A stretch of 63,863 bases of DNA, counting the filler, from Phoronis australis (Eukaryota; Animalia; Phoronida): assembly GCA_002633005.1 (NCBI GenBank). It is 10 parts of 10 records of this genome, joined end to end, with 100 filler letters (N's around TTAATTAATTAA, not from the genome) between each part and the next. Parts side by side here need not be neighbours in the genome. Positions count along the whole stretch, not along the records: positions 35,941 to 43,710 come from NMRA01001983.1; positions 43,811 to 51,526 come from NMRA01001987.1; positions 51,627 to 56,253 come from NMRA01002533.1; 7 more parts are not named here. One strand, written 5' to 3'. The position numbers were made by a program, and so were the translations under genes. Positions within the stretch are counted from its first letter, which is position 1. Every line of letters begins with the position of its first letter. Positions 40,982 to 52,643 of the stretch are shown one piece after another. The notes below the pieces were generated by a model, which was given only the letters and a program-made list of their open reading frames with translations, was not told where the DNA came from and made no database searches.

Positions 40982-43563
40982 GTCGCATTTTCAAAATCTA
41001 GCTCGCATTCGTAAATGCCAGGTCGCAAAATTTTCCCGCCATTTTTACGTGCCAAATTAGATTTTTTAGATCATCAAGAAAATGTTTAGATCATGGTCTT
41101 ACCTGCAGCGTTAAATACTCACAAATATCGGATCTCAAAATTGACTTCATTCATGCAGGTACGGCCTAATTACTGTTCTTCACGACCGCCATTGAAAGAC
41201 TCTAGAGCGCAAGGCAGGTTGCCGACGTGAAAGTTGAATCGGTGCTCTCTAACTGACTTGATTTTGCTAGGTCTAATCTGCTGCTGGCTGTCGTCAAAGT
41301 CGTTAAAGGTTCAAACTAACTCCGAGGGCAAATTCCCTCCGCTTTTTGTTCGCAGCCCAAATTTTGCAACTTAACTCATGTTTAAACAACGTCTGTCGAA
41401 AGAAAATCCGTGAAACGATGCTTTAACCGAATAAACAATTCAGTGCAAATTTCAAAACAAAAATGTGGTACTTATGCTGTTTACGTACTCAACAATTTGT
41501 TTTCCATGAAGTGAATAGCCTCCAAATAATTCCCGACTTCTTCCGTGCGAGTTTCCATCTCGTAATGGTAAGTTTGTTCAATACTTTCCAGGTACGGGAA
41601 AAATAGGTCAGTCACAAAACGACACGCATGTTACTAGTGTTAACTTTCTTTCGGAGGTATAAAACAAAGCCGGGATTTGGTTTTTACATATTGAGAAAAG
41701 ACGTTTTTTGAAAACGGAATTTGTTGTGTAAAATGAGAGTGACACACCATATGGGCTGCGAGTCAATTTTAAACCACGCGCGGTCGTTTGTAGTGCGATA
41801 TGATGGGCGCTAGCCTAAACTGTGGGCGCTAATTTGAAATTCTCAACAGTTGAGGGGGAACGCTTAGCGGATCAGTGACTAGAGCTTATTGTGAAACACT
41901 TCAAAGGTAGGGTGTTGGTTTGTGCGTTAGCATAGTCGTTAACCTGAGTGTTTGCGGTAATAAGATATTAAAAGACTACAATGGTAAGAAACGTTATATT
42001 ATTGCTAGGCAAACTCCTAGTAGGAATGACTTTCTGCATTTCGTTACCACCTACAATGTACCCTTTTTAGCCACCCGGAATAATTTTGTTTTTGCCTGCT
42101 TCAGCTGGAACATGCTTGTTTCCATTGGAGTCTGAAAATTTTTACGGCGGCGGTGGTCCGGGGAGCGAAAAGTTGCCGGNATATTAAAAGACTACAATGG
42201 TAAGAAACGTTATAATAATACGATTTTGCGAGGCAAACTCCATCTAGTAGGGGTGACTTTCTGAATATCGTTACCACCTACACTGTACCCTTTTTAGCCA
42301 CCCGGAATAATTTGTTTTTAATTGCCCGCTTCAGCTGGAACATGATTGTTTCTATTGGAGTCTGAACATTTTTACGGCGTCGGTTGCCGGGGAGTGGGGA
42401 GAGGGCTTTGGGAGGTGTATGAAGAGAAGAACAAAAAGTTCGCTAACCACAATTTCGCATCTAGTACCCGTTTAGTTGCAATAGCTGGCTACGGGCATAG
42501 AATATAGGGTTTAGAGAACATCGACCTCGAGAAACATCGGAACCGGAAAATATCAGTTCTTGGTTACATCCGTCCCGGGGAATATCGTAAAGCATCAGGT
42601 CTTTTATAACCGCTGGAAATCTATGAGTTTATTTTCAAATAAACCATTGGCACCCGGGTGCTTAATTAACAGAGCCAAGCCGGAATACTCTTTCATTTAT
42701 TACTGCCGCTGTTCTCTTTTGATGTGCAGCTTTGAAACGGTGCGCACGAGTGATTTCACGCACTTGAATGGCTAGAATAGGCCTACACTTTACGTTGGCA
42801 ACAACGTGTGAAAGACGAATCATATTTCGTGCACGTAGCCCCAAAAACAAGTAATGGGGTTTGAGAATTTCTTGGCAACTGAAAGTAAAGATTTGATCGT
42901 CGTTTGGGGATTAATAGGTTGTCATTTTCACTTTGGCTGTCTTATGGGATAAGTACGAGGCGCACATATCTAAGTCACGATTGTCTTGCCGGGACCGCTT
43001 GCACGCTAACAACGGGACCGACCAGTGCCGCAGTGCGATATCAAGGATATTATCGTGGATAATTAGTAAAGGTAATAAGGATATCTTAAGCGAAAAACAA
43101 AAATATTTGTCCACCACAAAGTTTGAAAAGTTGATCGCTTAATAATTAATAGAAACACCACTGTTTTGTGAGGTTTTATCACGTGTTATGTGGCCCGAAA
43201 CTGTCTTCGGCAAATCCGGAAATTTGCAAAAGTGGCGGAAAATGTTAGCCAATGAAACGCGTCAAAGATCGATTCTGCATACCCCATGGTCACGGGACTT
43301 GCTTAATTACAAGTCATCGGGAGGGCTGTTCTCAGTTAGTGGTCTTTTGAACTTGGATTTGGTAACAACCAAGCAATGGTCGGATTAACAATAGTTCCTT
43401 TATATTTGCCAGGTATCTGCCGAGAAGTGTAAAATCTCAGCTCGCATTCGTTAGAAATTCCAGGTCGCATTTTGCGACTTGATACGAGCTGACAAAAATC
43501 TCAGCTCGCATTTCCAAATTTCAGGTCGCAAATGCGACCTGCAGCTCGTTATGTCGAGCCCTG
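40982..43563. mobile_element. Non-autonomous hAT-like element, left end lost in the gap
   Basis: Repeated agctcgcatt..caggtcgca motifs occur at 40982-41035 and 43430-43550, and the right terminus is gtcgagccctg (CAGGG-type TIR). A faint dimerization-domain-like trace (PTSAAV..IISK) lies near 42940-43100. Confidence 0.5.
41965..42393. repeat. About 215-bp direct duplication across a single N (likely two haplotypes, assembly artefact)
   Basis: atattaaaagactacaatgg starts at both 41965 and 42181, separated by n at 42180. The copies differ by several substitutions and indels. Confidence 0.75.
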
Positions 43564-44361
43564 TTTTTGCGTCCGACACTGTGTTTAGCAGTCCGTTAAC
43601 CGTGTAGTAGGTACCGTAATCGTTCGGGTTAACGCCCTGGGCGGTTAAATTGGCGAATCCAAAAAATCGGGGGAGGGCGGTTAACCGAGTAGTGGGCGGT
43701 TAAATCGAAANNNNNNNNNNNNNNNNNNNNNNNNNNNNNNNNNNNNNNNNNNNNTTAATTAATTAANNNNNNNNNNNNNNNNNNNNNNNNNNNNNNNNNN
43801 NNNNNNNNNNCCCTCTCTCTCTCTGTTAGTTCATGTTTGCCATTAATAGTTCTAATGTTACAATAATTCCACCATGTCAGTAACTTTTCGAATTCCGCAA
43901 AACTCTTTTACTTCACTTATGCTGAGGCACAGTTGTTCCCATAATGAGTCCCAGTTCTCCTGAGGTGGGAGTGACAATAGTCTTCAGTCACCAGGAACGG
44001 TCGCGGAGTGACGTAATCACCGACTACCGGCAAGCGCTGCAAGCAAATCTAATTGGAGTAATAAGTACACTCATGGGAGCCGGGGTTGCTAGGTGTAACT
44101 TTGGTTTATGTGACATATTTAAAGTTTACTCCGATCGTTCTGTGCTCATTGGTGCTCTTCCTCGATGTTACGGGGAGTAATAGTCAATGAAGATATTTCA
44201 TAATTTTGCGAAGTACAGGCAGTGAGGAAACGTTTTGAGGCACTCTGGGCCGGTGCCGGCATGATTAGGCCTACATACAATTCCAGTACCTGAACTAACA
44301 ATTTAGGATATTTTTATTGGTTCTATAGAATATTGTTCCGTACTTGTTTGAAGCAGGATGA

Positions 44362-44646
44362 TTACCACACAGACCTCAGTGTAGGAAAGTAACAACACAT
44401 TATTCAGTGACGGGCACAAATCCCACACGGACGTGTAGGAAGGTAATAACACCGTTATTCAGTGGGGAACACAAATACCACACGGACCTGTTGGAAAGTA
44501 ATAACACATTATTCAAAGGGGCGGGGCACAAATGACCACACGGACGGTGTAGGAAAGTAATAACACATTATTCAGTGTGAGCACAAACACCACACGGACC
44601 TGTAGGAAGGTAATAACACGTACATTTTTTCACTGGGGGCGGGGTA
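44362..44646. repeat. Minisatellite, about 5 copies of a 51-57 bp unit
   Basis: Unit is ccacacggac(c)tgtaggaaagtaataacacattattcagtg..gcacaaat, with a short variable G-rich part. Confidence 0.9.
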
Positions 44647-46386
44647 ACTATTAGAGTTTGAGTAGCCATGATTGAAAAAAATTTCTAGGAGAGTAGGTTC
44701 GAGGTTTTAAATGTTTTCAAGAAGTTCGACTCATTTTTTCAACTACTGTAGAAGTAAGAATAAGATGTTTACACGCCACATGATGGTCATATCTTAGGCT
44801 GATACGATATCAACGTGTTGATTAATAACAACGCAATTATTTACTATACATTGTATAAGTAGTGTCAAACTGTCTTCGCAACCTCTAAAGAACAGACCGT
44901 ATAGTACTCAGCCAATGTAACGGGGGGGGGGGGTAGTTGAATGTTAACACTGCTTGTTTAATAATGGTGTTTTGCCTTTCGAAATTTCACCATGGTGGCT
45001 GGTCACCACCTTGTTTTAAAGTCAATATTGAACCTACCTGTGTGGCTCTTGATTCAATTTGAAAAAGTAGACCTACAACATGTGCCTACTATACGCAAAA
45101 GATTTCATGATATTATTGAAAGTTATTGATATACATGTCACACATGTTAATGAATAACCGCACTCAGGCTCTCGTTCAAACCTGTGATATGCATAGCATT
45201 CCATATGGTTACAGCGCTGACCAGACTGGTCATGACTCTCTGAAGACTGTAACGCCAAACTGATTAAGAGTCAGTTGGTCAATCTGAAATGCTAAACTTC
45301 AACGATGAGATAAATGAACAATCAATGGTGTCTATTCGGTCCACTTGTGTAACTAAGAACACTCTCTCGACATATTAGTCAAATAGGACTGAAGCAATTA
45401 TGGTATTTAAAGATGGCGTTTCCTATCGCTGAAGTATCTCTCGGGTGAGGTTACACTTTCCTTTTCATGAAACAAGTTGACGACTCGTGTGGCCTTTGCA
45501 ATCCTAATGCAAATTGCACTGAAGTGCATATCCCAAAATATTTTGTAATACTTCCAACCGTTTTCAACTATTTTTCAATCCTGGACCTTATAATTTGTCA
45601 CAAAAATATCTGCTTCTTTTTTTAGAAAATGGGAGTGAACTACACTGTACATGGTGTGTCCACGTAAGGTCTGTTGAATGTCTCCGTTATGTGATTGCAC
45701 ATGCATATCTGCATTGCGCTCCTTGCTGGTTACATGCAAGGTTTATTTTGCTTTGTTTAGCTTCGTTAATTTATTTCGAGTTGTTTCGCAGAATATACAC
45801 ACTGCATCCTATCGAAGTTCTCAGTATACGTAACAAGGGTTTCTGTCTGAGGAACAGTCGCTATCGCAAGTATTCTTTCAATCACCACGCTATGCATACC
45901 TCACAACGTCATCTCTTGCAGATATAAGAGTAGTCGTCTCATTGTTCAACGATTTATTTATATCAAAACTGCTGTTGATAAGGGGCCTGTTCCAAGAAAC
46001 TGACTTAAGTTCATTTTTGACTTAAGTTTAAGATTTTTCTTAATTTTCAAACTTTGAAACTTTCACTTTCGGTAAGCTCATGAAAATTAAGACAAAATTT
46101 ATGCGATAGTGATTGCTTTCTAATGATGTCAATAATCTAAATTAATGTGAGTTATGCAACATAACAATTCAACCTGTATAACTGAGGAACACTGTCTAGC
46201 TATCACAATATAACTCGTTCTTCTTACACTAATCTTTGGTGCTTTTCGGTGCACTGAACTAATCCAAGATAGCCCGTTATCAGTTTTGTAGTTTGAACGG
46301 AACACAGTACCAAAAGCAGTTGTGCAGAAAGGGTCCACCATAGTGATTTTAGTTATCAGTCTTCACAGTAGACGGAAGACAGCGCG

Positions 46387-46438
46387 ATGTCTGCGAAAGA
46401 GCTTTTCACATGTTTGACGCTATGGATAGTTCTAACAG
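46387..46438 (+). CDS. Candidate signal-peptide exon of a secreted Cys-rich prepropeptide (exon A)
   Basis: ATG at 46387 encodes MSAKELFTCLTLWIVLT plus one G, ending at the donor CAG|GTAAAA (phase 1). Confidence 0.55.
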
Positions 46439-46997
46439 GTAAAATGCACACCTGCACCTTTTGATAAATACAAATTTCTAACTTCAGCAGGTGCAGTATA
46501 TGAACCTTTTTCGAAGAAAACTTCCACTAAATTTGTTGTCTATGCAACAACGTCAGTACGTAGCCGCAATGGCGCATAACATTTAAGCAGTCTGTTCCAC
46601 GAAAAACGCTGTATTACGCACGAGAAATGTAGAAGTTCGCCACAAAAAGCGATTTTTAACAAGGTCTCTGGCTGGCCATATTACTCACGTACCCCCTATG
46701 TTGAATTGATTTAGTGAAACGTAAAGTGACTAAATCAGGGATTTTGAATTCATGATAGTGAAGCAGTCATTCTAATTTTGCAATAACCAGAATCTATTAT
46801 TTCCGGAGCTAGGAACTATTGCAACAGTGGCAAAACAAAACAACTCAAGATTTGTTTTGAAAGTTCATTTGGGTGTCCCATGCAATAGCAGGGGTCTGTT
46901 TACAAAGAGACAATCGACTGAAAACAGGCAAATGTTGTTCTTTTTTATTATATTTTGCGTTTCTCGAAAGGTTTTCACTTCTGAATATTCTGCCTGT

Positions 46998-47179
46998 TAT
47001 CGTACATGTATCCTGTGGTAGAGGTTGGGTGTTCAGTAATGTATTATGCACTGTCATGTATCGTACATGTATTCTGTGGTAGAGGTTGGGTGTTCAGTAA
47101 TGTATTATGCACTGTCATGTATCGTACATGTATTCTGTGGTAGAGGTTGGGTGTTCAGTAATGTATTATGCACTGTCAT
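46998..47179. repeat. Tandem repeat, 3 x 61 bp
   Basis: Near-identical units tatcgtacatgtattctgtggtagaggttgggtgttcagtaatgtattatgcactgtcatg. Confidence 0.95.
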
Positions 47180-48180
47180 TGACCACAGATTTTTCTGGTT
47201 TTTGTACATATTTATTGCACCTCTGTACCCACTGTATACATGAGTACCTGTGCCCGGTTGCATGAAAAAGGGACTCAATTAAGTTCCTTAAATGCAAGTC
47301 TTTCGTTCTTTACACACAAATGTAATACTTATCTATCATGTTTTCTTCATTATTAGCTCTTCTTTGACTAATGTCATTTTCAAATCATGTACCTAAAATT
47401 GAGCCCTTAATTCTGTCGAAATAATCAGGGACTTAGTCCTTAAATTAGGGGTGTTGCATAAAAACACCCCTACTTATTTTCACTAATATAGAGAATTCAA
47501 CGTAGAGTTTACTCTTGGTTTGTATTTCCTTAGTAATCAAACGTGACTAATGGACGACTGTCGGTGGGGAGAAGCCACGAGTCTCGAAACTCCAAATCCA
47601 TTTTGTGACACTGTGAGGACGAAGTAGTAGAAAAGTGCTTTCATATTTCCGGAGAAAAACTAATTGCCCAATATCACGTGACGAAAGTACTTTTCTGTAA
47701 AACGCAAACACATATATACTTTTAATAAAAACTACAAGAAACAAAGTTTCCATGCGTCGGTGAAGTGTACTTGATACAAGAATCTGTGTACGTAAACTTC
47801 TTAAATTTTGGAAAGTCCGGTCTCCGAAAGTTACCAGAAATGTTTACGGCTAAACTGATTCTGATAAGGGCTATTTTAATAATCATAACGCTTTTTGTGC
47901 ACGTTTCATTTTTACTCATGTATTACTTATTTCTGTAGCATTCAAAGCTCCATTCTTCCATCTTAAAATCATCCGAGAGACAAAAGGACTATAGTCACTC
48001 CACTGTTCCTTGAGAATATTTTCGTCATCTTCTCTGACAAAGGGACGGGTAAAAATGGTCAATTAGTCACTCTCAAATTACATGTCAAACATGTGGTCGA
48101 ATTACCGTGTGAGAAGGAAGTAAACTCGGTTGGTGATTCACAATTTTAGAAAAACATTCATTTTTTAACATACCCAAGGG

Positions 48181-48351
48181 ATTCAACTCCGTTGGATTAA
48201 ATTCTGTATTTATTACAGATTAATTGGCACCAACTTTTATTTGCATAAAATTGATGTTCGCCAGTCAGCGTTGCGCTCATTGTGTGAAAAAAAGAAGAAA
48301 CAATTTCATTTATATTGGGAATGTTCATTTGTTCAAGGTGTCTGGCATTGC
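48181..48351 (+). mobile_element. L1/Tx1-type LINE ORF2 C-terminal zinc-knuckle remnant
   Basis: IQLRWIKFCIYYRLIGTNFYLHKI..SALRSLC..HLYWECSFVQGVW matches the KLRWFQxRILHRILxTNxxLxK..CxFC..HLFWECxxVxxFW pattern. Confidence 0.65.
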
Positions 48352-48697
48352 TGAGAAACTTTGAATGAAAGATTCGTGTAACGCTGCTATGTAGTTAAAC
48401 ATTCTATGACCCAGCCTGGATGTTGGAAGCTAAGCAAAATATCATTAAAATTAGTACATCCAAACTTTGCAAAATACCCAACTGAAGTTTCAATTATTTT
48501 TGCGTCAAGTTTGTATCGCAAGCTGGAGAACGTTATTTACCTCTGTAAAATGACGCTTGAACGTTTACACACTATGTGGTGTTTGTTGCAGTAAATATCT
48601 ACAAAATATCGAGTACTAGCCAATATATACTTCTACTCTGTAAAAAGTATTGCAGACCTCATAAAAATCCCGATTCAAAATAATTTCATCTTTTCAG

Positions 48698-48858
48698 TGC
48701 AGTTAACAGCCGCCTACGACGAGGCCCAAGACAGGCATTTAAAGACTCCAAAGGAGCGTAACGTAAGGAATCCAGTCCAATCGTGTCACTGCTGTGAAAG
48801 CACAGGAAAGACGTGTTTTGCTCTCTCCAATACAAAACGGCTCTACTGCAATGGAATG
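48698..48858 (+). CDS. Candidate propeptide plus Cys-rich mature peptide exon (exon B)
   Basis: The acceptor tttcatcttttcag|TG completes the phase-1 codon. It encodes VQLTAAYDEAQDRHLKTPKERNVRNPVQSCHCCESTGKTCFALSNTKRLYCNGM and ends at the donor ATG|GTAAGC. The other two frames contain stops. Confidence 0.55.
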
Positions 48859-49266
48859 GTAAGCAACAATTGTACGTATATTATAGTGAATGTAAATACA
48901 TTAACGCACTCTCCGATATCCTCTGGTCTGCTTTCTTCATAAAGTTGTAATTAGGCAATATTTCTAACTTCAGTTACTAATTTTAACCATTATTTTATTA
49001 CTCTGCACAGTCTTTTGGGAACGCAGTATGCGTCTTCTTAGTTCCACTTCCTGTTACATTTTACGCGTTCTTATTTTTAACAGTTTTTACATCTTTAGCC
49101 TGATGAAATGTCCAGATCTCGACATCATAATTAATTTTCTTGTCTGAAAATGACCACACTATTTTTACAGGTACATCTTCAAACTTATACATTTAGACGC
49201 TTGACAAGCAAGAAATATGTGTCTTGGTCCAAGCACTTTTACTTAAGTAGTAAAAATCATTAAAGA

Positions 49267-49816
49267 ATGATCTGAATTCTGAAGTTGTATCTACCTTGAC
49301 CGTGACATCACAATTTTCTGAGAGCGCATGAATCCGAACACCTACGGCCCGAAACCTAAATAGTCCGAATAGGTAGTCCAAATAATTCCCGTAAATTGAA
49401 CATTCGCCAATTAAGTAACCATTTCCACCGTCGGACAAATCGATAAATTTTCGGAAAAAAGCTTTCGGACAAATGGACTCTTGGACAATGGGGAATTTGT
49501 TGGACAGTGGGAAAATTTTCAGGCAAATGAGCTATATATATNATGATCTGAATTCTGAAGTTGTATCTACCTTGACCGTGACATCACAATTTTCTGAGAG
49601 CGCATGAATCCGAACACCCACGGCCCGAAACCTAAATAGTCCGAATAGGTAGTCCAAATAATTCCCGAAAATTGAACATTCGCCAATTAAGTAACCATTT
49701 CCACCGTCGGACAAATCGATAAATTTTCGGAAAAAAGCTTTCGGACAAATGGACTCTTGGACAATGGGGAATTTGTTGGACAGTGGGAAAATTTTCAGGC
49801 AAATGAGCTATATATA
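49267..49816. repeat. 275-bp near-identical duplication across a single N (assembly overlap)
   Basis: Copies start at 49267 and 49543 with n at 49542; I saw only about 2 substitutions. Confidence 0.85.
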
Positions 49817-50324
49817 TGTATATGTATATGTATATGTTCATCGGGCATGTGGGTTGTGGAACCAGTGGATTAACGGTTCGTCGGGCACATGGGCTTTCGA
49901 ACCAATTAGAAGATTATCGGACAAACATATACCTTTAGACAAACGGGTGGTCGAAAATTGGGCTAAGTACCTCTTTTCATGTCTTCTAAGACAACTGTCG
50001 TTTCTGAATACCAATTTTTGTTTCACATTGAGCTTTCTACGTTTTTTTAATTATCTCAATAAACAGGCCGGATTATGAGCAAGAGGTCTCACTATTTATA
50101 CAACTTGGCACTGCGAATGTGATTATAGTGCCCTTTCTTGCTTATTCATATCAGTTCTTTATCGGTGTGTCTTGACAGTTTCTGTGATTGCCGACCGATG
50201 TCACCATATATCACGCGTTTCTTTGACGTGCCATAACATGTTAAAAGATGGTATGACACGTGATTTTTCATAACTTTGGGCATCGCGCTTTAATCCTTTT
50301 AGTTTTGTCCTTCAAAAGCAAGGA

Positions 50325-51212
50325 ATGTATGTTCGAAGATCCGGAATCAATACAACGGTATTTACTCTGCATGTACACACAAACAAACATGTGAACCATT
50401 CTCCATCTGAATTTTCTACATCAGTTTACCACAAGCCTACTGATAAAGGTTTCTGTCTCCACGCCAAAAGTGAGTGCCCTGTGCCGTATAAGGTCGCCGT
50501 TGTGGTCAACTTCCTAAAGAGGGTGTATTCGGTGTCTTCCAACTGGGTATTGTTCAATCAAGAGGTAGATCGCATAAGACAAACACTGGTGAATAATGGG
50601 TATACCAATGCTTTTGTGGATTTCCGTATTAAGCGATTTGTGTCCAGAATTAGCTATGAAGTCCCTGCACGTCGGACCGGTGTCACCAAAAAGATATTTT
50701 ACAAAAATGTCATGTCTAATAATTACCTCCAGGACGAACACGCCATTAAGAAAATCATAAGGGACAACGTTAAAGTTTGTAAGCCTGATGATTACCTTGA
50801 TGTTATTATTTATTATCGGAATAGGAAGTCCTCCAACTTGGTCATGAAAAATAACATTTCTAAAGCGAAAGTCCGCCCCGTTGCACAGTGTAGTGTTGTT
50901 TATGAGTTTGTATGGCCTATGAACGAATGTCCTCGTTCAAACGTCAAACAATGTTACATTGGTCAAACGGTTTGCGGTCTTTCCCGTCGGTTATCTATGC
51001 ATCTTCAAAATGGCGCCATTCACGATCATTTTCTGCAATGCCACGCACGTAAAATCACCCGTCAAGAAATTGTGGAAAACACGTCAATTCGCTACGTGGA
51101 GCAAGATGTGCTGCGTTCGAAAGTATTAGAGTCCCTTTTAATTGCTTTTGAGAAGCCTGTTTTGAATGAGCAGCAAACAGGGTCGCGCCGCACGTTACAC
51201 TTGTTTGCGTGA
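50325..51212 (+). mobile_element. 5'-truncated Penelope-like retroelement ORF: RT thumb/linker plus GIY-YIG endonuclease
   Basis: FSTSVYHKPT..SECPVPYK..EVDRIRQTLVNNGY matches the PLE thumb region. VVYEF..YIGQT..LSRRLSMH..GAIHDH..LESLLI..KPVLN matches GIY-YIG. The RT catalytic core is absent and homology begins near 50400. Confidence 0.92.
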
Positions 51213-51329
51213 CTTTCCTGTTACCCCCCTTCATTAGTCATTCTTTGCAGTATTTCATACCCGCCGTGTCTCAGTGTGTGTCGTCAGCTTATACTCTGTG
51301 GTGGCATTACAACTGTGTCATTTTATCTT

Positions 51330-51369
51330 CACTTGAGAATGAAACAAGTATGTTTCGAAATATCCCGTG
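51330..51369 (+). ncRNA. Minimal hammerhead ribozyme motif with U3-A8 variant core in the PLE 3' repeat
   Basis: cac-TTGAGAA-t-gaaaca(agta)tgtttc-GAA-ATAT-C-cc-gtg, about 120 nt after the PLE stop codon. Helix II is a perfect 6 bp and helix III is palindromic. Confidence 0.65.
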
Positions 51370-52384
51370 TGTCTTTTAATTATGTCGCTAGGTCAGTTAC
51401 TGTATCTATGTTCAGTTGAGAGTAGAGTTTTGTTCCGAAAGTACGAACGTAACGGAATAAAGACTGTGAACAATGAAAAGTGTCGTGCATTTAACAAATT
51501 CTGTATAACAAACAAACAAGCAAACANNNNNNNNNNNNNNNNNNNNNNNNNNNNNNNNNNNNNNNNNNNNTTAATTAATTAANNNNNNNNNNNNNNNNNN
51601 NNNNNNNNNNNNNNNNNNNNNNNNNNCATGTTAGCAGCATAGGAATAATGGCCAAAATATCCTGACGTCATCCTTACAGGAGAACATTCTTCAAGTGAGT
51701 GGGAGTTGACAAGAATGTTATTTTGTTTTGAAAATAGACAAAAACATTTTTGGTATGGTCTATGTGAACATAAATTCAAGATATGGCCGTAATTGCATGT
51801 ATTCATGCCCATGCACTTGTGGCGGGATGGGCCACTCGCTTATGTATAAAGCTGTGCCTTTATCGGGTATTGGCCATATGTGCCTACATGCAAAACGCTC
51901 GATTAGTATATACTCCAAGAAGCAAGTTTTTGAATATTGTTTAGCCGAAACTTGTCTAACTTATCGGTTATAAAATTGTAGATGTTGACGTTATGTATTG
52001 AACTTAACCGCTGTAAACCCGCCACTGGTTGGTCAAAAAATAAATTTTGATCACATTCTGTTTTTGTTCATTACTTAGATGAGGAATGATTTCATGGCTA
52101 AGGAAGAACTGACAATTCAGTGGTGCATGAGACCAATGCTCATCACATAAGACAACACCTTACAAGACAACTTAATAGAGCCTGATCTCGGTCAGTAATG
52201 AACTGTCAGTTATTCTGAAGCCCAGATATTGTCTCTAGTAAGGAAATAGTTGCAACTTTCGTACGTGAAAAGTTATACCTAAGGCAGAATTTTTAAATTC
52301 ACTTAGTAGACCACAACTGTCCTTATTTAGACAGGAAGTGATTTCTGTGATTGCAAAGGAACTGTTCATTATTCCTTAGCCCAT

Positions 52385-52643
52385 GAAACGACTCGCTGTG
52401 ACATGCCAACTCTTGAGCCTGCTCTTGAAACGACTTGCTGGGACACATGCCAACTCTTGAGCCTGCTCTTGAAACGACTCGCTGTGACATGCCAACTCTT
52501 GAGCCTGCTCTTGAAATGACTTGCTGTGACATGCCAACTCTTGAGCCTGCTCTTAAAACGACTTGCTGTGACATGCCAACTCTTGAGCCTGCTTTTGAAA
52601 TGATCGACTTGCTGTGACATGCCAAATCTTGAGCCTACTCTTG
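52385..52643. repeat. Minisatellite, about 6 x 42 bp
   Basis: Unit is gaaacgacttgctgtgacatgccaactcttgagcctgctctt. Confidence 0.95.

Noticed and set aside
40434-41060. Long ORFs of 164-208 aa
   Set aside because: They consist almost entirely of N-gap codons.
44362-44646. CRISPR-like array (repeat with a variable segment)
   Set aside because: The variable parts are only a few nt and related to each other. There are no unique spacers and no cas genes, and the context is eukaryotic; it is a minisatellite.
49098-49130. Third hammerhead candidate (ctgatga-a-atgtc..gacat)
   Set aside because: It has the CTGATGA box and a stem but lacks GAAA, helix III and helix I; too incomplete to call.
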